A stretch of DNA of 64,000 nucleotides from Octopus vulgaris (taxonomy: Eukaryota): the NCBI GenBank assembly GCA_951406725.2, contig OX597831.1, positions 42,036,001 through 42,100,000 on the forward strand, read 5' to 3'. The notes beneath the pieces were generated by a model. That model was not told where the DNA came from. It did no database searches and saw only the letters and a list, made by a program, of their open reading frames with translations. Both the position numbers and the translations under genes were made by a program. This document shows, one piece after another, positions 36,961-50,950 of this stretch (positions within the stretch are counted from its first letter, which is position 1; each line of letters starts with the position of its first letter).

Positions 36961-39117
36961 TAAAGGGAAAGTTTACGAAAATAAACAAAAGACGAAGGCA
37001 GGTGGAGTACAAACAAATGTATTAGTATAGTGCTCAGGAATAGAAAAAGTCTTTTACGTTTCGAGCCTACGCTCTTCGACAGAAAGATACACAGAAAAAA
37101 ACAAGGTGAGAAAAAAATGCGTGTAGGAGCTAACGATCTATCATGGCGTCCTGACTTCGGGCAATGGTCAGACGCGAGAGGGACAGTAGGGGAGATAACA
37201 GGGTCAAGTGACTTCCAATACGAAGGTGCCCCCAACACAAAGGTGCGTATGTGTATAAGAGAGTATGTATGTGCGTGTGAAAGAGGGCTGGTGGTCTGGA
37301 GACGTGTGTGTGTATGTATGTGTGGGTGTGGAGATGTGGGGATGGGTGTGTGGGTGGTATGTTGTGATGTGATATATGTATGTATGTGTAGGTGTAAAGA
37401 TGTGGGGATGGGTGTGTGGGTGGTGTGTTGTGATATGATATGTGTATGTATGCGTAGGTGTAAAGATGTGGGGATGGGTGAGTGGGTGGTGTGTTGTGAT
37501 GTGATGTGTAGTGTTGTATGGTGTAGTGTGGTGTGATGTTGTGGGGAGGTGGCGGAGGCGAAAGTGGGGAAAGCACAGGTGGGGTGTGGGTTCGGCTGGA
37601 GGTTGGGGTAGAGTGGGGGTTGTGACTAGGTAGAGGGTGGGGTTAGAGGTGAGGTATGTGGGAGAAGTGTCTGGTATAGGTGTGCGGGGAGAGGTGTGGG
37701 AAGGATAGGGAAGGTGGAGTAGGGGTAGGTGGGTTTATGGGGGGAGGGGAAGGTGGGTTTATGGGGGGAGGGGAAGGTGGGTATATGAGGAGAGAGAGGA
37801 GGAGAGAAGGAGAAAAGAGAGGGGGACGGGAGATGGGAGAGAGAGAGAAGAGAGGGGAACGGAGAAGGAGGGGAAGGAGAAGGAAGGGGAGAGAGAGGAG
37901 GGGAGGGAGAGGAGGAGGGAGGGAGCAGAGAGAAAGAGAGAAGGGGAAGAGAGTAGGAGAGAAGAGGGAAAGAGAGTAGAGGGGAAGGGAGGAGGAGGGG
38001 AGAGGGGAAGGAGAAGGAAGGGGAGAGAGAGGAGAGGAGGGGAGGGATAGGAGGAGAGAGGGAGCAGAGAGAAAGAGAGAAGGTGAAGAGAGTAGGGGAG
38101 AAGAAGGAAAGAGGGAAAGAGAGTAGAGGGGAAAAGAGAAGAAGAGGGAGAAGAGGGAAGAAGGGAGAAGGGAAAGAAGGGAAGAAGAGGGAAGAAGGGA
38201 AAGAGGGAAGAAGAGGGAAAGTGAGTAGGGGTGAAAAGTAGGAGTCGGGGAGGAAGTTAGATGAAAAGGGGGGAGAGTTGAGACCAAATGGCATAAAAGA
38301 GCAAAGAGAGAAGATTAATCCCTGTTCACGGCGCAAGTGGGAATCCGGATGGCCTTTGTACAAGGAGAATCTGAACACAGACAGGTGTTGCAAGGAGTGA
38401 CCGGTGGAGCGGAAATGGCGTGAGACTGGAGTGTCATTGGCAAGGCGGATGTCTCGGAGGTTTTCTGCGAACCGGTCAGCCAAGCAGCGTCCCATTTGTC
38501 CGAAGTACAGGGAATGGCAGAGAGAGCAGGAGGTGCAATAGATGATATTTCTGGAGGTGCAGGTGAAGGAGTCGATGAGGTGATAGGGTCGATGATGGGT
38601 GCCGGTGAGGAGGGTGGTGTTGGAGAGGTAAGGGCAAGTGCAGGAGCAGGGGAACGAGCCAGGTTGGGAGGTAGGGTTGGGGAAGAAGATGTGGACCAAG
38701 AGGTCTCGTAGGTTATGGGCTCGTTTGAAGGAGGGGAGGGGTCGGTTAGGGAAGAGGTGTGAAGTGGACGGGTCGGACTGGAGATGCCAGAAAGCTCGAA
38801 GAATGGTGTGTTGGGGTGGTAAATGAGGGGAAAAGGGAGGCAGGAGACTGCAGGGTGGGTTTTGGGGGAAGAGAGCAGATGCACGGTCTACAGAACGTGA
38901 TCTGGCAAGGGCGGTGTGGATAGTGGTGAGGGGGTATCCACGTAGGATGAAGTGGCGAGCCATGAGTTGAGACTGAGTCTCAAAGTCATGGCCGTCACTA
39001 CAGAGCCTGCGTAGACGGAGGAATTGGAAAAAGGGGATGGAAAGCTTGGTGTGTTTGGGGTGGGAGGATGAGAAGTTTAGGTATGAGTGTGAGTCTGTGT
39101 GTTTGTAAGAGAAGTTT

Positions 39118-39120
<3 letters not shown>
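36961..39120 (-). mobile_element. Penelope-like retroelement, 5'-truncated: RT C-terminus plus GIY-YIG endonuclease (about 38270-39120) and a low-complexity 3' region
   Basis: YKHTDSHSYLNFSSSHP...FLRLRRLCS...LRGYP (PLE RT thumb) and FTCTSRNIIYCTSCSLCHSLYFGQMGRCLADRF (GIY-YIG); hammerhead-like motif at the 3' end; inserted in (TA)n. Confidence 0.9.
37050..37087 (-). ncRNA. Minimal type I hammerhead-like motif (variant core CUGUCGA)
   Basis: UCUUU-CUGUCGA-A-GAGC-guag-GCUC-GAAA-C-GUA^AAAGA; stems I and II pair perfectly. Confidence 0.55.
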
Positions 39121-39169
<49 letters not shown>

Positions 39170-39238
39170 GTGACCTCGTGAGCACCGCCAGCAATTTTTT
39201 TCTCTGTCTTCCCTTCTCGGGATCTTTCCTTCTCCTTT

Positions 39239-39273
39239 GTTTCCGACGAAGAGCTCCGCTCGAAACGTTAAAC
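39239..39273 (+). ncRNA. Minimal type I hammerhead-like motif (variant core CCGACGA) in an inverted PLE terminal repeat (about 39165-39365)
   Basis: GUUU-CCGACGA-A-GAGC-ucc-GCUC-GAAA-C-GUU^AAAC; palindromic AACGTT at stem III. Confidence 0.55.
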
Positions 39274-39364
39274 CCACCTTCTTCCCTTCTTTCCAATAAT
39301 ACATTATTTGTTCCACGTCCTCATGTTGCTGTGTTTTTTTTTGTGTTTTCTTGTTTGGATTAAC

Positions 39365-39378
39365 TATATATATATTTA

Positions 39379-39423
<45 letters not shown>

Positions 39424-39497
39424 ATGTATATATATATGTATATACATACTATATATATATACATATATATACATACATATATATATGTATGTATATG

Positions 39498-39528
<31 letters not shown>

Positions 39529-39580
39529 GAATATATATATATGTATGTATATATATATACATATATATGTATATATATAT

Positions 39581-39628
<48 letters not shown>
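39365..39628. repeat. (TA)n-rich microsatellite
   Basis: Seen directly. Confidence 0.95.
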
Positions 39629-39631
<3 letters not shown>

Positions 39632-40431
39632 ACAAAGGGTAAAATTAATTAATTAAGAAGTAATCAGTAATTTCACCAAGCAGAATTCGGCATGAAAGAC
39701 CATTTCATGGTAAGTTTAAGTAATACTTTATAAATAGGGTTCAGCAACGATTTGCTTCACCACATACCGAAGTTTAGAAATATATGGATGTGTGTGTATA
39801 TGTTTGTGAGTCTGACTTTGTCCCCCCAACATCGCTTGACAACTGATGGTGGTGTGTTTACGTCCTTGTAACTTAGCAGTTCAGCAAAAGAGGCCAATAG
39901 AATATATACTAGGCTTACAAAGAATAAGTCCTGGGGTTGATTTGCTCGACTAAAAGCAATGCTCCAGCATGGCCACAGTGAAATGACTGAAACAAATAAA
40001 AGAATAATAAACATATAGCAAGTCTGTTATTTAAATTAATCCCTTTAAATTCAATATTACCCTATGGATTGTTTTACAATGTGAACAGATTAACTACAAT
40101 AGTAAATAAAGAAGATTTTTCATCATCATTATCACCATCATTTGATGTCCGTTTTTCATACTGTCATGGGTTAGGTGGTTTGACAGGACCTGATGGCAAA
40201 AACTGTCCAATGAACGGCAACAGGAAACTCAGAGTAACAGGTTTTGTTGAATTTTCTGCTGCTTTAAATAAAGCATATTACTCTACCACTGGTATTTGAG
40301 TACTCTTTTTTCCACCTTGTTTTACATTTATGTGTTTACTCCGGTATATATATATATATATATATACATACATGTGTGTTTATATAGATAAATCAGATAA
40401 GCATGTGCTTGTTTAATTTTGTATGTGTATA

Positions 40432-41038
40432 TAGCTGTTTTCCAGCTATCTTTTTAAAGTTGTATATGACTATGGTGCAGCAACACTTGGAATTTGCATC
40501 ACCAGTCTGGAACCTCTATCTTGCTCAGTACATTATTCTCTTGGAAACTGTACAGAGACGTGCAACTAAGCAAATATCCTCCATCATGCCTTGCTTCCCT
40601 GGGCATGGATACATTGAAGCTCTGACATCTGGAACTGACTTGGTGTAAACACCTACAAAATTATTAACCATCATGCCAACAACCACCTTGAGCACCGTTT
40701 TGAATTCCATGTGTTAAACACGTGTAGGCATGCTTGCAAAGTCAGAAAACAGCACAGCTTCCATGACTTTTGGAAACATTTTTTCACAGTCAGTTGTTAA
40801 AGCATTGAACAAACTACCTGCATCATTTGTTAGCTAGTGAGACATTGCATCCTTTAAAACTTCCATGCTCCCTGAAATTCGCCAACACTACACCTGATAT
40901 CCCACCTCCATACACATGACTCATACACTTCGCTTTCCTGACATTTGTACATAATTCTATGTATTATGCGTGCACCTTTTAATAAGCTGTAGTGCACCTG
41001 AGCACCTTACACAGTAATTTCATTATTATTATTATTAT
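40432..41038 (+). mobile_element. CR1/L2-group LINE 3' fragment with (ATT)n tail
   Basis: LYMTMVQQHLEFASPVWNLYL...LETVQRRATKQI is the conserved CR1-type ORF2 C-terminus. Confidence 0.85.
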
Positions 41039-42211
41039 TGTATGTCTTATAGATATATGGGTGTGTGTGTGTACTTGTGTGTGTGTACTTGTGTATGTAT
41101 GTACATACACATACACACACATTCAAGTCAAATGGGAAAAAAAATCTCTGTGTAGTTACTGACACCTGCTAGAAATAGCAACCCACTCTTCTTCAATGTC
41201 ACACACATTGGCTAAGAAAGAAAATAAAGACTATGTTTGTAGCCTGGATACTTAAACAGCAGCATATATCTCTCTTTTACTTGTTCCAGTCATTTGACTG
41301 TGGCCATGCTGGAACACTGCCTTTTTTAGTCGAGCAAATCGACCCCAGAACTTATTCTTTGGAAGTCTAGAATGTGAAATATGGTTGCAAAAGTGAGGAA
41401 ATTTTAAGAGAAGAACAAGAGAATGAAAAAGTGAGAAATATTGAGAAATAGGAATGTAGAGAAAGTAGGAAAATTATAGAAGTTAAAAAGCATAAAGATA
41501 ATATAAAGGACAAAGAAATAAAGATTGCAAAAAAAAAAAAAAAAAGGAGTAAGGCGGAATAAATAGAACACCATTCTGTGCAGCATGTTCATGCTTTATT
41601 TCACTTCAGCCCTCATACATTCTCTGTATGCAGTCAGTGGCTATGTCTCACTACCTTGCAGCATTGCACGGTACTGAGTTAGGGGCACTGAATGCAAAAG
41701 AAGGAAAAAGAAAGGCTTTCTAATAGATCCTTACACACATTTAAAAAACCATTTAGCCAAATCACATTTTTTGTTTTGCTTCTTGGTTGATGTGAGTTCC
41801 CACTTCTCCACCCCATCCCCCAAAAAGATTTGAAGAAGAAGAATGAAATTATATAGTAAAACAACAAGAACAACAACAAAAAGAAGCATGCATGAGCAGA
41901 TGCCAAAATTACAGGCCTGTCTGCTTGTTTACTTTGACATATCAACACGATCAGCAAAAAGAATTATCAGAGAGACTGATAAAATACTGCCAGCTTGCTT
42001 TATTTTTCTGCCCTCTCAGTTTGCAACACTATGTTAGTACTTCCCAGACATTTGTAGATATGATCTACTTGAATTTTATGAAAGTATTCATTAGAAGAAA
42101 TAGAGGAGTCCATGTGAGCTTACACAATCACAATGTCAGTAGCACTGTGTGTTGGTGGCACAATATTAGGGGTTTTCAAGCAAATGCAGATTTGGTCTGG
42201 TCTGCCTAGAT

Positions 42212-42470
42212 CAGTGGTTCCCAACAGGAGTCCATATGGCTCCTGAAAACAATTTTGCCTTAAATGTATGTATTGGTGTGTATTGCAAGAAACAGCTAGG
42301 TTTCTTTCTCTAACATTTTACATAGTTCAATCTAAACAAGTTTAGGAGTTTTGAAAGAAGTTTCTATAAAAAGAAGTTTCTAAACAATGAATGGCTATGG
42401 AGGTCCACCAGAGTAAAATAGTAACCAAAAGGGTCTATAGATTAAAAAAAGAAATGGTTGAGAACCTTTG
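42212..42470. mobile_element. Non-autonomous hAT (Charlie-like) element inserted in a CR1 RT remnant
   Basis: Ends CAGTGGTTCCCAAC...GGTTGAGAACCTTTG; 8-bp TSD GCCTAGAT/ACCTAGAT. Confidence 0.7.
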
Positions 42471-43153
42471 ACCTAGATTTTGGAAAAATATTCAATACAG
42501 ATAACTGTGCAAACTTGCTTGAAGATACTACATGCTCTTACAGGTGAAATTCAGAGTAGCAATGGACAAACTCAACCAAAATAGAATATCTTTAACCTCT
42601 AGCATGGTACAGAGTATTGTTTTATCTGACAGTTAATACTTTTAAATGGATATATCTTTATTTATATGCATGTGTAAATTATACATGTACATCATAAAGG
42701 CACACACACACACACTTTATTATTAAAGCTGTAAAAACATTACAAAAAAAACTGCTACTCAGATTTTCCTGTTCCTGTTCATCAGGCAGATGTGATCCAG
42801 TATATATACACGAGTAAGCACATAAATGTGAAACAAGGTGGGGAAAAATAGTACTCGAATACCAGAGGTACAGTAATAATATTACTCTACCTCCAGTATT
42901 TGAGTACTATTTTTTCCCACCATGAAAATGACATGAATGTTTATTTGAGATTCTGTTTTATCTCTATATATTTCAATACTTTCCAAAATAAAGATTTGCT
43001 TCACTGTGATGGATCCATAAAAGCTATAGAAAGTTGCACAAACACTCGGCTCTGAATGCACTGCTCCTCAGAGCAGAAACAGCTGCAAGCTAATGAATAT
43101 GATTACATTACTCACATCCTCCTGCCATCCATTACTCGATATGTGTGTGTGTG

Positions 43154-43199
<46 letters not shown>

Positions 43200-43739
43200 C
43201 ACACTCACACACTCAAGTACACATAGATATTACTCTACTTCCAGGATTCAAGTACTATTTTTTCCCACCTTGTTTCACATTTATTGTGAAACACTTCATG
43301 GTTCTGAGGAAGCTATATGATGTTGTATAAGCACAAAGCTCCAAGCATAATACTTCTTATAGCAGAAACAGCTGAAAGCTAATGAAAATGATTAAGTAAT
43401 ATTCCTGTTTTTTTGTTATTCATTAATTTATATTACATCTTGTACTCAACGCTTTACTCTGGAACATATGTCTGTTGAATTCTCACAACAGATACTTACT
43501 ATTGCCATGCTGAAGTGAAATCATAAAAATTATACACATAAAAAGCACCCACTACACTCTCGGAGTGGTTGGCGTTAGGAAGGGCACCCAGCTGTAGAAA
43601 CTCTGCCAAATCAAGATTGGAGACTGGTGCAACCATCTGGTTCGCCAGCCCTCAGTCAAAATTGTCCAACCCATGTAAGCATGGAAAGCGAACGTTAAAC
43701 AATGATGATGATGATATATATATATACACACACACACAC

Positions 43740-43784
<45 letters not shown>

Positions 43785-46721
43785 CATATATATATCATTG
43801 TTTTAACTTCCACTTTCTCAAGCTTGCACCCCTCAGATGGAATTCATAGAGGCAGGTCTGCTGTAGCTAGGATGCCCTTCTTGTTTGAAATTCTTGCTTC
43901 TCTCTGAGCAAGGTAATACTTCAATGTTACCAGACATGTTTCAAGGCTGACTGGAAATGAATGACACTGTTTGCATGACGGTGATATTTACAATTGCCAT
44001 GCAAAGTCAACAATGAGCCATTTGTCGATGAGGTAGTCTGCAAGAGAGTATCAGAAAATTGGTCATTCTGTCTATCAGGTAGCCCTAGCTGAGGAGCATA
44101 GGCTGAGATAATGGTTCTAATCCATGTTGCAGCACTAGTCTAAGCTTAAGTATTCTATCATAGACTCTGACTACCTCGATTACCTTATCAACCCAATCCT
44201 CCATGAGGACTACACCCATGCTCCTAACCCTATCAATGTTCCATAATCAGAAGAATTTTATACCTAAGTTCTTTGCCTGTGAGGAATCTAGAAGTTCCTC
44301 TCTGACTAACTTCTTGAATGCAGCACAAATCTACACATCTCTGTTCAACAACCTTTTGGTTCTTGTATTCTTTTACTTGTTTTGTGGCCATGCTGGAGCA
44401 CCGCCTTAGGATTTATTCTTTGTAAGCCTAATACTTATTCTATTGGTCTCTTTTGCCAAGCTGCTAAGTTATGGGGATGTAAACACACCAGCATTAGTTG
44501 TCAAGTGATATTGGGAGGACAAACACAGACACACAAACATATGCATACCTATATATATATATACGACAGGCTTCTTTCAGTTACTGTCTACTAAATCCAC
44601 TCACAAGGCTTTGGTCAGCTCGAGGCTATAGTTGAAGACACTTGGCCAAGGTGCCACACAGTGGGACTGAACCCAGAACCATGTGGTTGGTAAGCAAGCT
44701 ACTTACCACACAGCCACTCCTGCTATATATATATCTTTAACCCTTTGGTTACCATATGGATGTGTTTCAATGTTTTAATTACTTTTGAAAAATAATCAAC
44801 TTATTAGAAGGCTTTTGTGAAATAATTAACTTTTTCATTATAAAATTTGGCATGTAACAGAGTATGGATAAATGGAAATATCTTGCATGAAATTATGATG
44901 GAAGATTTTAACCTGGGGGACAGTTTGGTACTCAGAACAAGAGGTGGGTGGTATGAAAAGAGGAAAGCAGAAAGAAAAAATAACTCGATAACATTTGGTT
45001 TGAAAGATAAGTAAATTATTTGAAGGCTCTACATTATGACTGATAAAAATGAAGAAAACAATCTCTGCACACCACAAACCTTACCACCACCACCACCACC
45101 ACCACCACCACTACCACCACCACTGCCATCCCCCTCCCAAATCACCAAGACAACCACCGCCACCTATGCCGTCACCGCCACCACCATGGCTGTATGGTAG
45201 TAGTTGTTAGTGGGTGGCAAAATTAATGACAATATTTCATGATTTGGATACAGAAGTGATAATGATGGCTCTTATAGCAGTAGTAGTGGTGGTTTTTCTT
45301 AAGACGGTCACTAGGTAAGTGTCTTCTTCTACAGCCCTGAAGCTTTGTGAGTGAATTTAGTGGTACATGGAAACTGCAGAAAGCCCATTGCATGTGTGTG
45401 TGTGTGAGTATCATTCAACCATGGTAGTGGTTGAATATATTCTTAAGTCCACCATTTCATCAATCGCAGCAGCTTCAAAGCTTCACCACTAATTCAGTTA
45501 ACAGTTTTAAAGAGGACACCTCCTAAGCTACACTTTGGCATAAATAGTTTGAGATTTGGTTCAGTAGAGTAAAAGTTACATCAAAATATGTGAGGCCTAA
45601 AGGTGGGCAGTAAGGCATCTATTCATCTTCAATTAATATAATTTTTTTTTTTTTTTAAATAAAAGTATACTTTTCTTAGGCTTAAATGATAGAAAAATGC
45701 ATGAGGAATTTAGAATCGTTAGTCGCATTGAACAAAAATTATTAGAAAAAAGTTATGGGGTGAAATGTCATGAAATTTATTGTCAGTAAGTGAGGAAGTA
45801 AGAAGTAACACCCCAAGCAACAATGTTAAGATAAGAATATATTTCTAAAATGAATGTTTAGATTCTAACTGGGCAAGATGGCAGAAACGTTAGCGCACCA
45901 GGTGAAATGCTTAGCGGTATTTCACCCAAATATTTTAAAAATATGCTGTTGAATTAGGGTAAGTTTTACTTTTATTATTAATTTACTCTTTCAGCTTTAA
46001 TTAGTGTGCTTTCTACTTTTTTTGCTTTTCCCTTTTAGTTGCTTTCCTTTTCTTTTTAGTTAATTATTTAATCACGCTAGTTCATTAATGTGTTACATGC
46101 TTCACATATGTGCATCTAAATTTATTGGGGCAGGAATATAGTCATTTTTGGCTGCATCTCTATGGGCAGACCTGAAGGCATGTAGTAAGGCTGTCCAGAA
46201 AAGGCATTGGTTAAAAGTGCTTATATTCTACATTTACTTTTTAAATTTAAAAATAAATAAAAAGGGATTTTTCATAAATCAAATTTATATTAACGGGATG
46301 TAGGTAATTTTAACTTGTGTATATCTGATATGCTTTTATAATTACTCTTGTATTGAATAATTATTGATAGATCTAGATTAGAAGCAGTCAGTGCTATTAT
46401 CACCGACTCAAAATCTAGCTTATATAAGGTGAGCCTGGTCATTGATGGTTTTGGCGTCTTGTTGTTTGTAACTTTTGGTGAGCCATGGTGCAACCAACAA
46501 GATGGTAAAATTCCCTGTCAATAATTTGGTGTTGATGGGTAATATCAAATAATTCAATCACAACATATATTTAAATTAAACATGAAAAAAACTGAAATAT
46601 TATCATCACTTACGTGGAAAACTTGAAATATTATCTTTCAGTATTTTATAAGTTAAAATCTTAAATTATTAATTCACACATTATTAATTACCTTATAACA
46701 ACAATGCCTGGAAAAATCATG

Positions 46722-47166
46722 GATTACATGGAAAAATGCAAGCATGAAAAGTAATATTCTTAAGATTATAAACCTGGAAAAGTACAGGACAAGTTATTAC
46801 ACCTGGAAAAGTATAGGACAAGCTATTACTTCTAGTGAAGTTAAGAAGCTTTTTACTTAAAATATTGCAGCTAAAATTAAAATTTGAATATTAAAAATTA
46901 TTTTATTATAGTTTACAAATAACACTATACTTATTTCAGTAAATTTGGCTAACAAACTTACAAATTAGCTGAACAGTTTTGTACAATAAATTTAAAAGAG
47001 AACTGTAAAGAGTGATAAATTAGAAGAACTAGCATTCTTTGCGGCAATATTTTAAGTAAAAAGTTTCTTATTCTTTACTTTACTAGAAGTAATAACTTGT
47101 CCTGTATTTTTCCAGGTTTATAATCTTAAGAATATTACTTTTCATGCTCACATTTTTCCATGTAAT
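46722..47166. repeat. Foldback inverted repeat (about 130-bp arms)
   Basis: ATTACATGGAAAAATG...GAAAAGTAATATTCTTAAGATTATAAACCTGGAAAA is mirrored at 47100-47166. Confidence 0.85.
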
Positions 47167-47784
47167 ATATATATGTCTTAACCATGCAGCCTATATATCT
47201 CTCATCTCTTTTTTGTTTCAGTCATTACACTGTGGCCATGCTGAGGCACTGCCTTGAAGAACATTTAGTCAAATGAATCCACCCCGGTACTTACTTCTTT
47301 TATTGAAGCCTGGTACTTATTATATTGGTTTCTTACACTGAGCTGCTAGGTTATGGAGGGGGGGGGGGGGGGCATAAAATGCCAACACTAGTTGGTGAGC
47401 AGTGGTGGGGAACAAATGCAAACACACACACACACAAATATACATGAGTTTCTTTTTGTTTCCATCTACCAAATCCACTCACAAGGCTTTGGTTAGATTG
47501 AGGCTATAGGAGATACCATGCAGTGGAATAGAACCCAGAAACACTATTGGAACTGAACCCAAAACCCAGAACTCATTTATGGCTGAGTGGCCTAAAGCAA
47601 TGTGAAATGAAGTGTTTTGCTCAAGAACAAACACACTGCCTGGTCTGGGAATTGAAACCATGGTCTTATGATGATGAGTACAACACCCTAACCACTAGGC
47701 CTTGTGCCTTCACAACTAGGTATGACTGAAATATTCTAACATATTTTGTTAAATAAAATTACATGAAAGTGTAAAAAGAAATCA

Positions 47785-48285
47785 TCGTCATCAACATCAT
47801 GTAAGGTCTGTTCTCCATGCTGGCATGGGTTGGACAGGAGTTGGCCAGCTAGAGAGCTACCTGGGCTCCATGTCTGCTTTGGCATGGTTTCTATGGCTGG
47901 ATGTCCTTCCTAATGCCAACCACTTTACAGAATGTACCAGGTGCCTTTATGGAGCACTAGCACAGGTGCTTCTTACATGGTACCAGCACCCATGATTCCA
48001 CAAAATTAGGGTTGCTCAACTGAAGTGGGATGCAGGGGACGTGCCTATATGTAAGGATAACCACGATTTTAGTTAGCTTAACATACCTTCTCAAGCACAG
48101 CAAACTGCCAGGAGTATTGGTCCTTTGTCATCCCCTCTCTGAGGCCCAATGTCTGAACGTCCATTCTCACCACTTCATCCCATACCTTTCTGAGTCTACC
48201 CCTTCCACATGTTCTCTCCATAATTAGAGATTGGCACGTCTTGATGCATCTGTCTTCATTCACTTGTATAACATGACCATACCAA
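47785..48285 (-). mobile_element. RTE LINE 3' fragment
   Basis: WYGHVIQVNEDRCIKTCQSL...GRGRLRKVWDEVV. Confidence 0.8.
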
Positions 48286-48814
48286 AGAGAACAAAATACA
48301 TTTAAAAATAACACTATTCCTCACACTCCCATACTTACTCCCTCCCATCAAACACCTGCACAAAGGTAGCAAAGCAGAGAATATTACCTGTAAATCAGGC
48401 TGAGAGGTAACCCATCAACCAAACGACCCGAGGCAGGAGATCAAGTCGTGTTTATGTGGCACTGGCCGAGAGAAATTTTCCTTTGTGAAGATGATATCAT
48501 CTGTTTCTGTAAACATCCATACTGTAAGAAGAGTGGAAAAAAGATGCATTTAAACATTTCGTTGTTGTTATTTACTCTGAAACAAAACTCCTTACAAAAA
48601 GTAGACTTTACTCCATTTTTGTGATATAAAAAAAAATTTCTCCTTTGTTCATTTTATGTGTAAAAATTACATGAAATGGATGCAAGTACAGCTATGTTGT
48701 TAAGAAGCTCCCTTTGCAGTCAAGTGGTTTCTAGTTTAGTCTTATTGCATGACACCTTAGGCAAGTATCTTCTACTAGCCCTGGGTTTAACCCACTGATT
48801 CCCAAACTTTTTTT

Positions 48815-50330
48815 CAGAGAATTAGACCAAAGCCAAACTTACAAATATTTAGGAATCCATGAACTAGATAAGATACAACACACACAAATGAAAGGGAAAA
48901 TAAAAAAAGAATACTATAGACGAGTTAGATCAATACTAAAAACAGAGCTCAATGCTAAAAACAAGATAATAGGTATTAACACTTTAGCCGTCCCAGTTAT
49001 AAGTTACAGCTACAATATCCTTAACTGGGCACTAAATGAACTAACCAAAATAAATAGGAAAACAAGAAAAATAATGACAGGATCTAGGATACATCACCCA
49101 AAATCTGACATAGTAAGTCTATATATACAACGTATAGAAGGTGGTAGAGGCCTTATACAGCTGGAAAACTATTACAAAATAGGACTGCAAAAATATCTAC
49201 TTCAGAAGCAAGGAAAACTGATTCAAATAGCAGCAAAACACGAGCAAAACAAAAAAAAACTGTTCTCAGTATTTAAGGAAGCTGACAAATACAAACAAGA
49301 AATCATACCACCTAACAAATATGAAGAAGAAGAAGAAGAAGAAGAAGAAGAAGAAGAAGAAGAAGAAGAAGAAGAAGAAGAAACAACAACAACAAAAGCT
49401 ATAAAACAAATGAAATCCAAACTAAAACTAGAACAACAACGGACCATGATAAAATGATGGCAAGAAAAGCCCCTTCATAGCAAATACTGTACTAAACTAA
49501 ATGCAAAAGAAATAGACAAAGAAAAATCCCAGCAGTGGTTGAGAAACTCAGGACTCAAAGCAGAGATGGAGGGGTTTTTAATTGCAGCACAAGACCAAAG
49601 CCTCCCCACCAGAAATTACCAAAAACATATAATGAAAGAAATATAACAAGTAACTGCAGAATATGTGGAGATGGACAAGAAACAATAAATCATATTATCT
49701 CTGGCTGCCCAGTCCTAGCTAAGAAGGAATATATTCACAGACACAATAGAGTTGGGACCTACATACACTGATACACTGGAAGCTATGCCAACATTATGGA
49801 ATAACAACAGAAAAAAGATGGTATAGGCACACACCAGAAAAGGACACAGAAAACAAGAAAGCAACCATACTCTGGGATATGCCAATATACACAGATAGAG
49901 AAATTAAGGCCACTAGGCCAGATATAGTTATCAGAGATCATGAAGAAAAAAGATGCTTTCTAATTGATGTGTCAATACCAGCAGATGACAATGTGTCTCT
50001 GAAAGAAATGGAGAAACCTTCAAAATACAAAGACTAGAAATAGTGGTAACTCGAATGTGGAATCTAAAAACAGAAACAATTCCTATCATAGTAGGCACAT
50101 TAGGTATGATAAAAAATATTCAGACAAATACATAACAACAGCACCAGGACTTACAAACACATATAACATACAGAAAATTGCACTACTGGGCATTGCACAC
50201 ATCCTACGCAAAACAGTTTCAATAAAGTAACCATCAGAGCATCACAACAAATCACAGTACATACCCAAGGCACACAGAGCTGTGCTCAGTAGTGAAGTGA
50301 AAGCACGATATAAAAATAAAACTACTGAAT
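48815..50330 (+). mobile_element. R4/Dong-clade non-LTR retrotransposon, 5'-truncated and degenerate (RT C-terminus, CCHC knuckle, restriction-like endonuclease), ending in (AAT)n
   Basis: YYRRVRSILKTELNAKNKI...EGGRGL; FLIAAQDQSL; CRICG...ETINHIISGC...RHN; RPDIVI...FLIDVSIP. Confidence 0.9.
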
Positions 50331-50364
50331 AATAACAACAACAACAACAACAACGACAACGATG

Positions 50365-50413
<49 letters not shown>

Positions 50414-50461
50414 TAGTAATAATAATAATAATGATAATAATATTAATATTAATAATAATAA

Positions 50462-50860
50462 GGATCTTTTCGGTTTGAACGGCAGTTTTTTTTAATAATT
50501 TCCACGTAACTAAACACTTTTAAACTTCGTATACTGGTAGAATGTGTTTATAAAACATCTTTTTCTCTTGGCTTTATTGAGAAAATTCTATAGCTTGTAA
50601 GATATTTGTTGTTTTTTCTTCAATTTCAACCAATCACTGACGTCTATTGAAGTGAAAAACACTCTGAGCCGTATGAATATGTCCCTCGTTTAAGAAACAG
50701 ATTGGGTTTATTTACATTTCTGAAGAAAAAAAGATACCCTTCTCCCCCACTAACCTTAAAACAGATTGAAATGCAATAGATCGATACTAGGGTCATAATT
50801 ATGGTTGACAATTTCATATGGCACCGTTAGGAACAACCGCCGTTGAAACCAAAAAGATCC
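50462..50860. mobile_element. Non-autonomous element with about 26-bp terminal inverted repeats, inserted in (AAT)n
   Basis: GGATCTTTTCGGTTTGAACGGCAGTT ... AACCGCCGTTGAAACCAAAAAGATCC. Confidence 0.75.
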
Positions 50861-50909
50861 AATGCTAATAATAATAACAATAATAATAATAATGATGATG
50901 ATGATGATA

Positions 50910-50944
<35 letters not shown>

Positions 50945-50950
50945 AATAAT

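Noticed and set aside
37626-39296. 556-aa ORF as a host gene
   Set aside because: Chimera of an inverted terminal repeat, (TA)n, Penelope RT/GIY-YIG remnant and a low-complexity tract.
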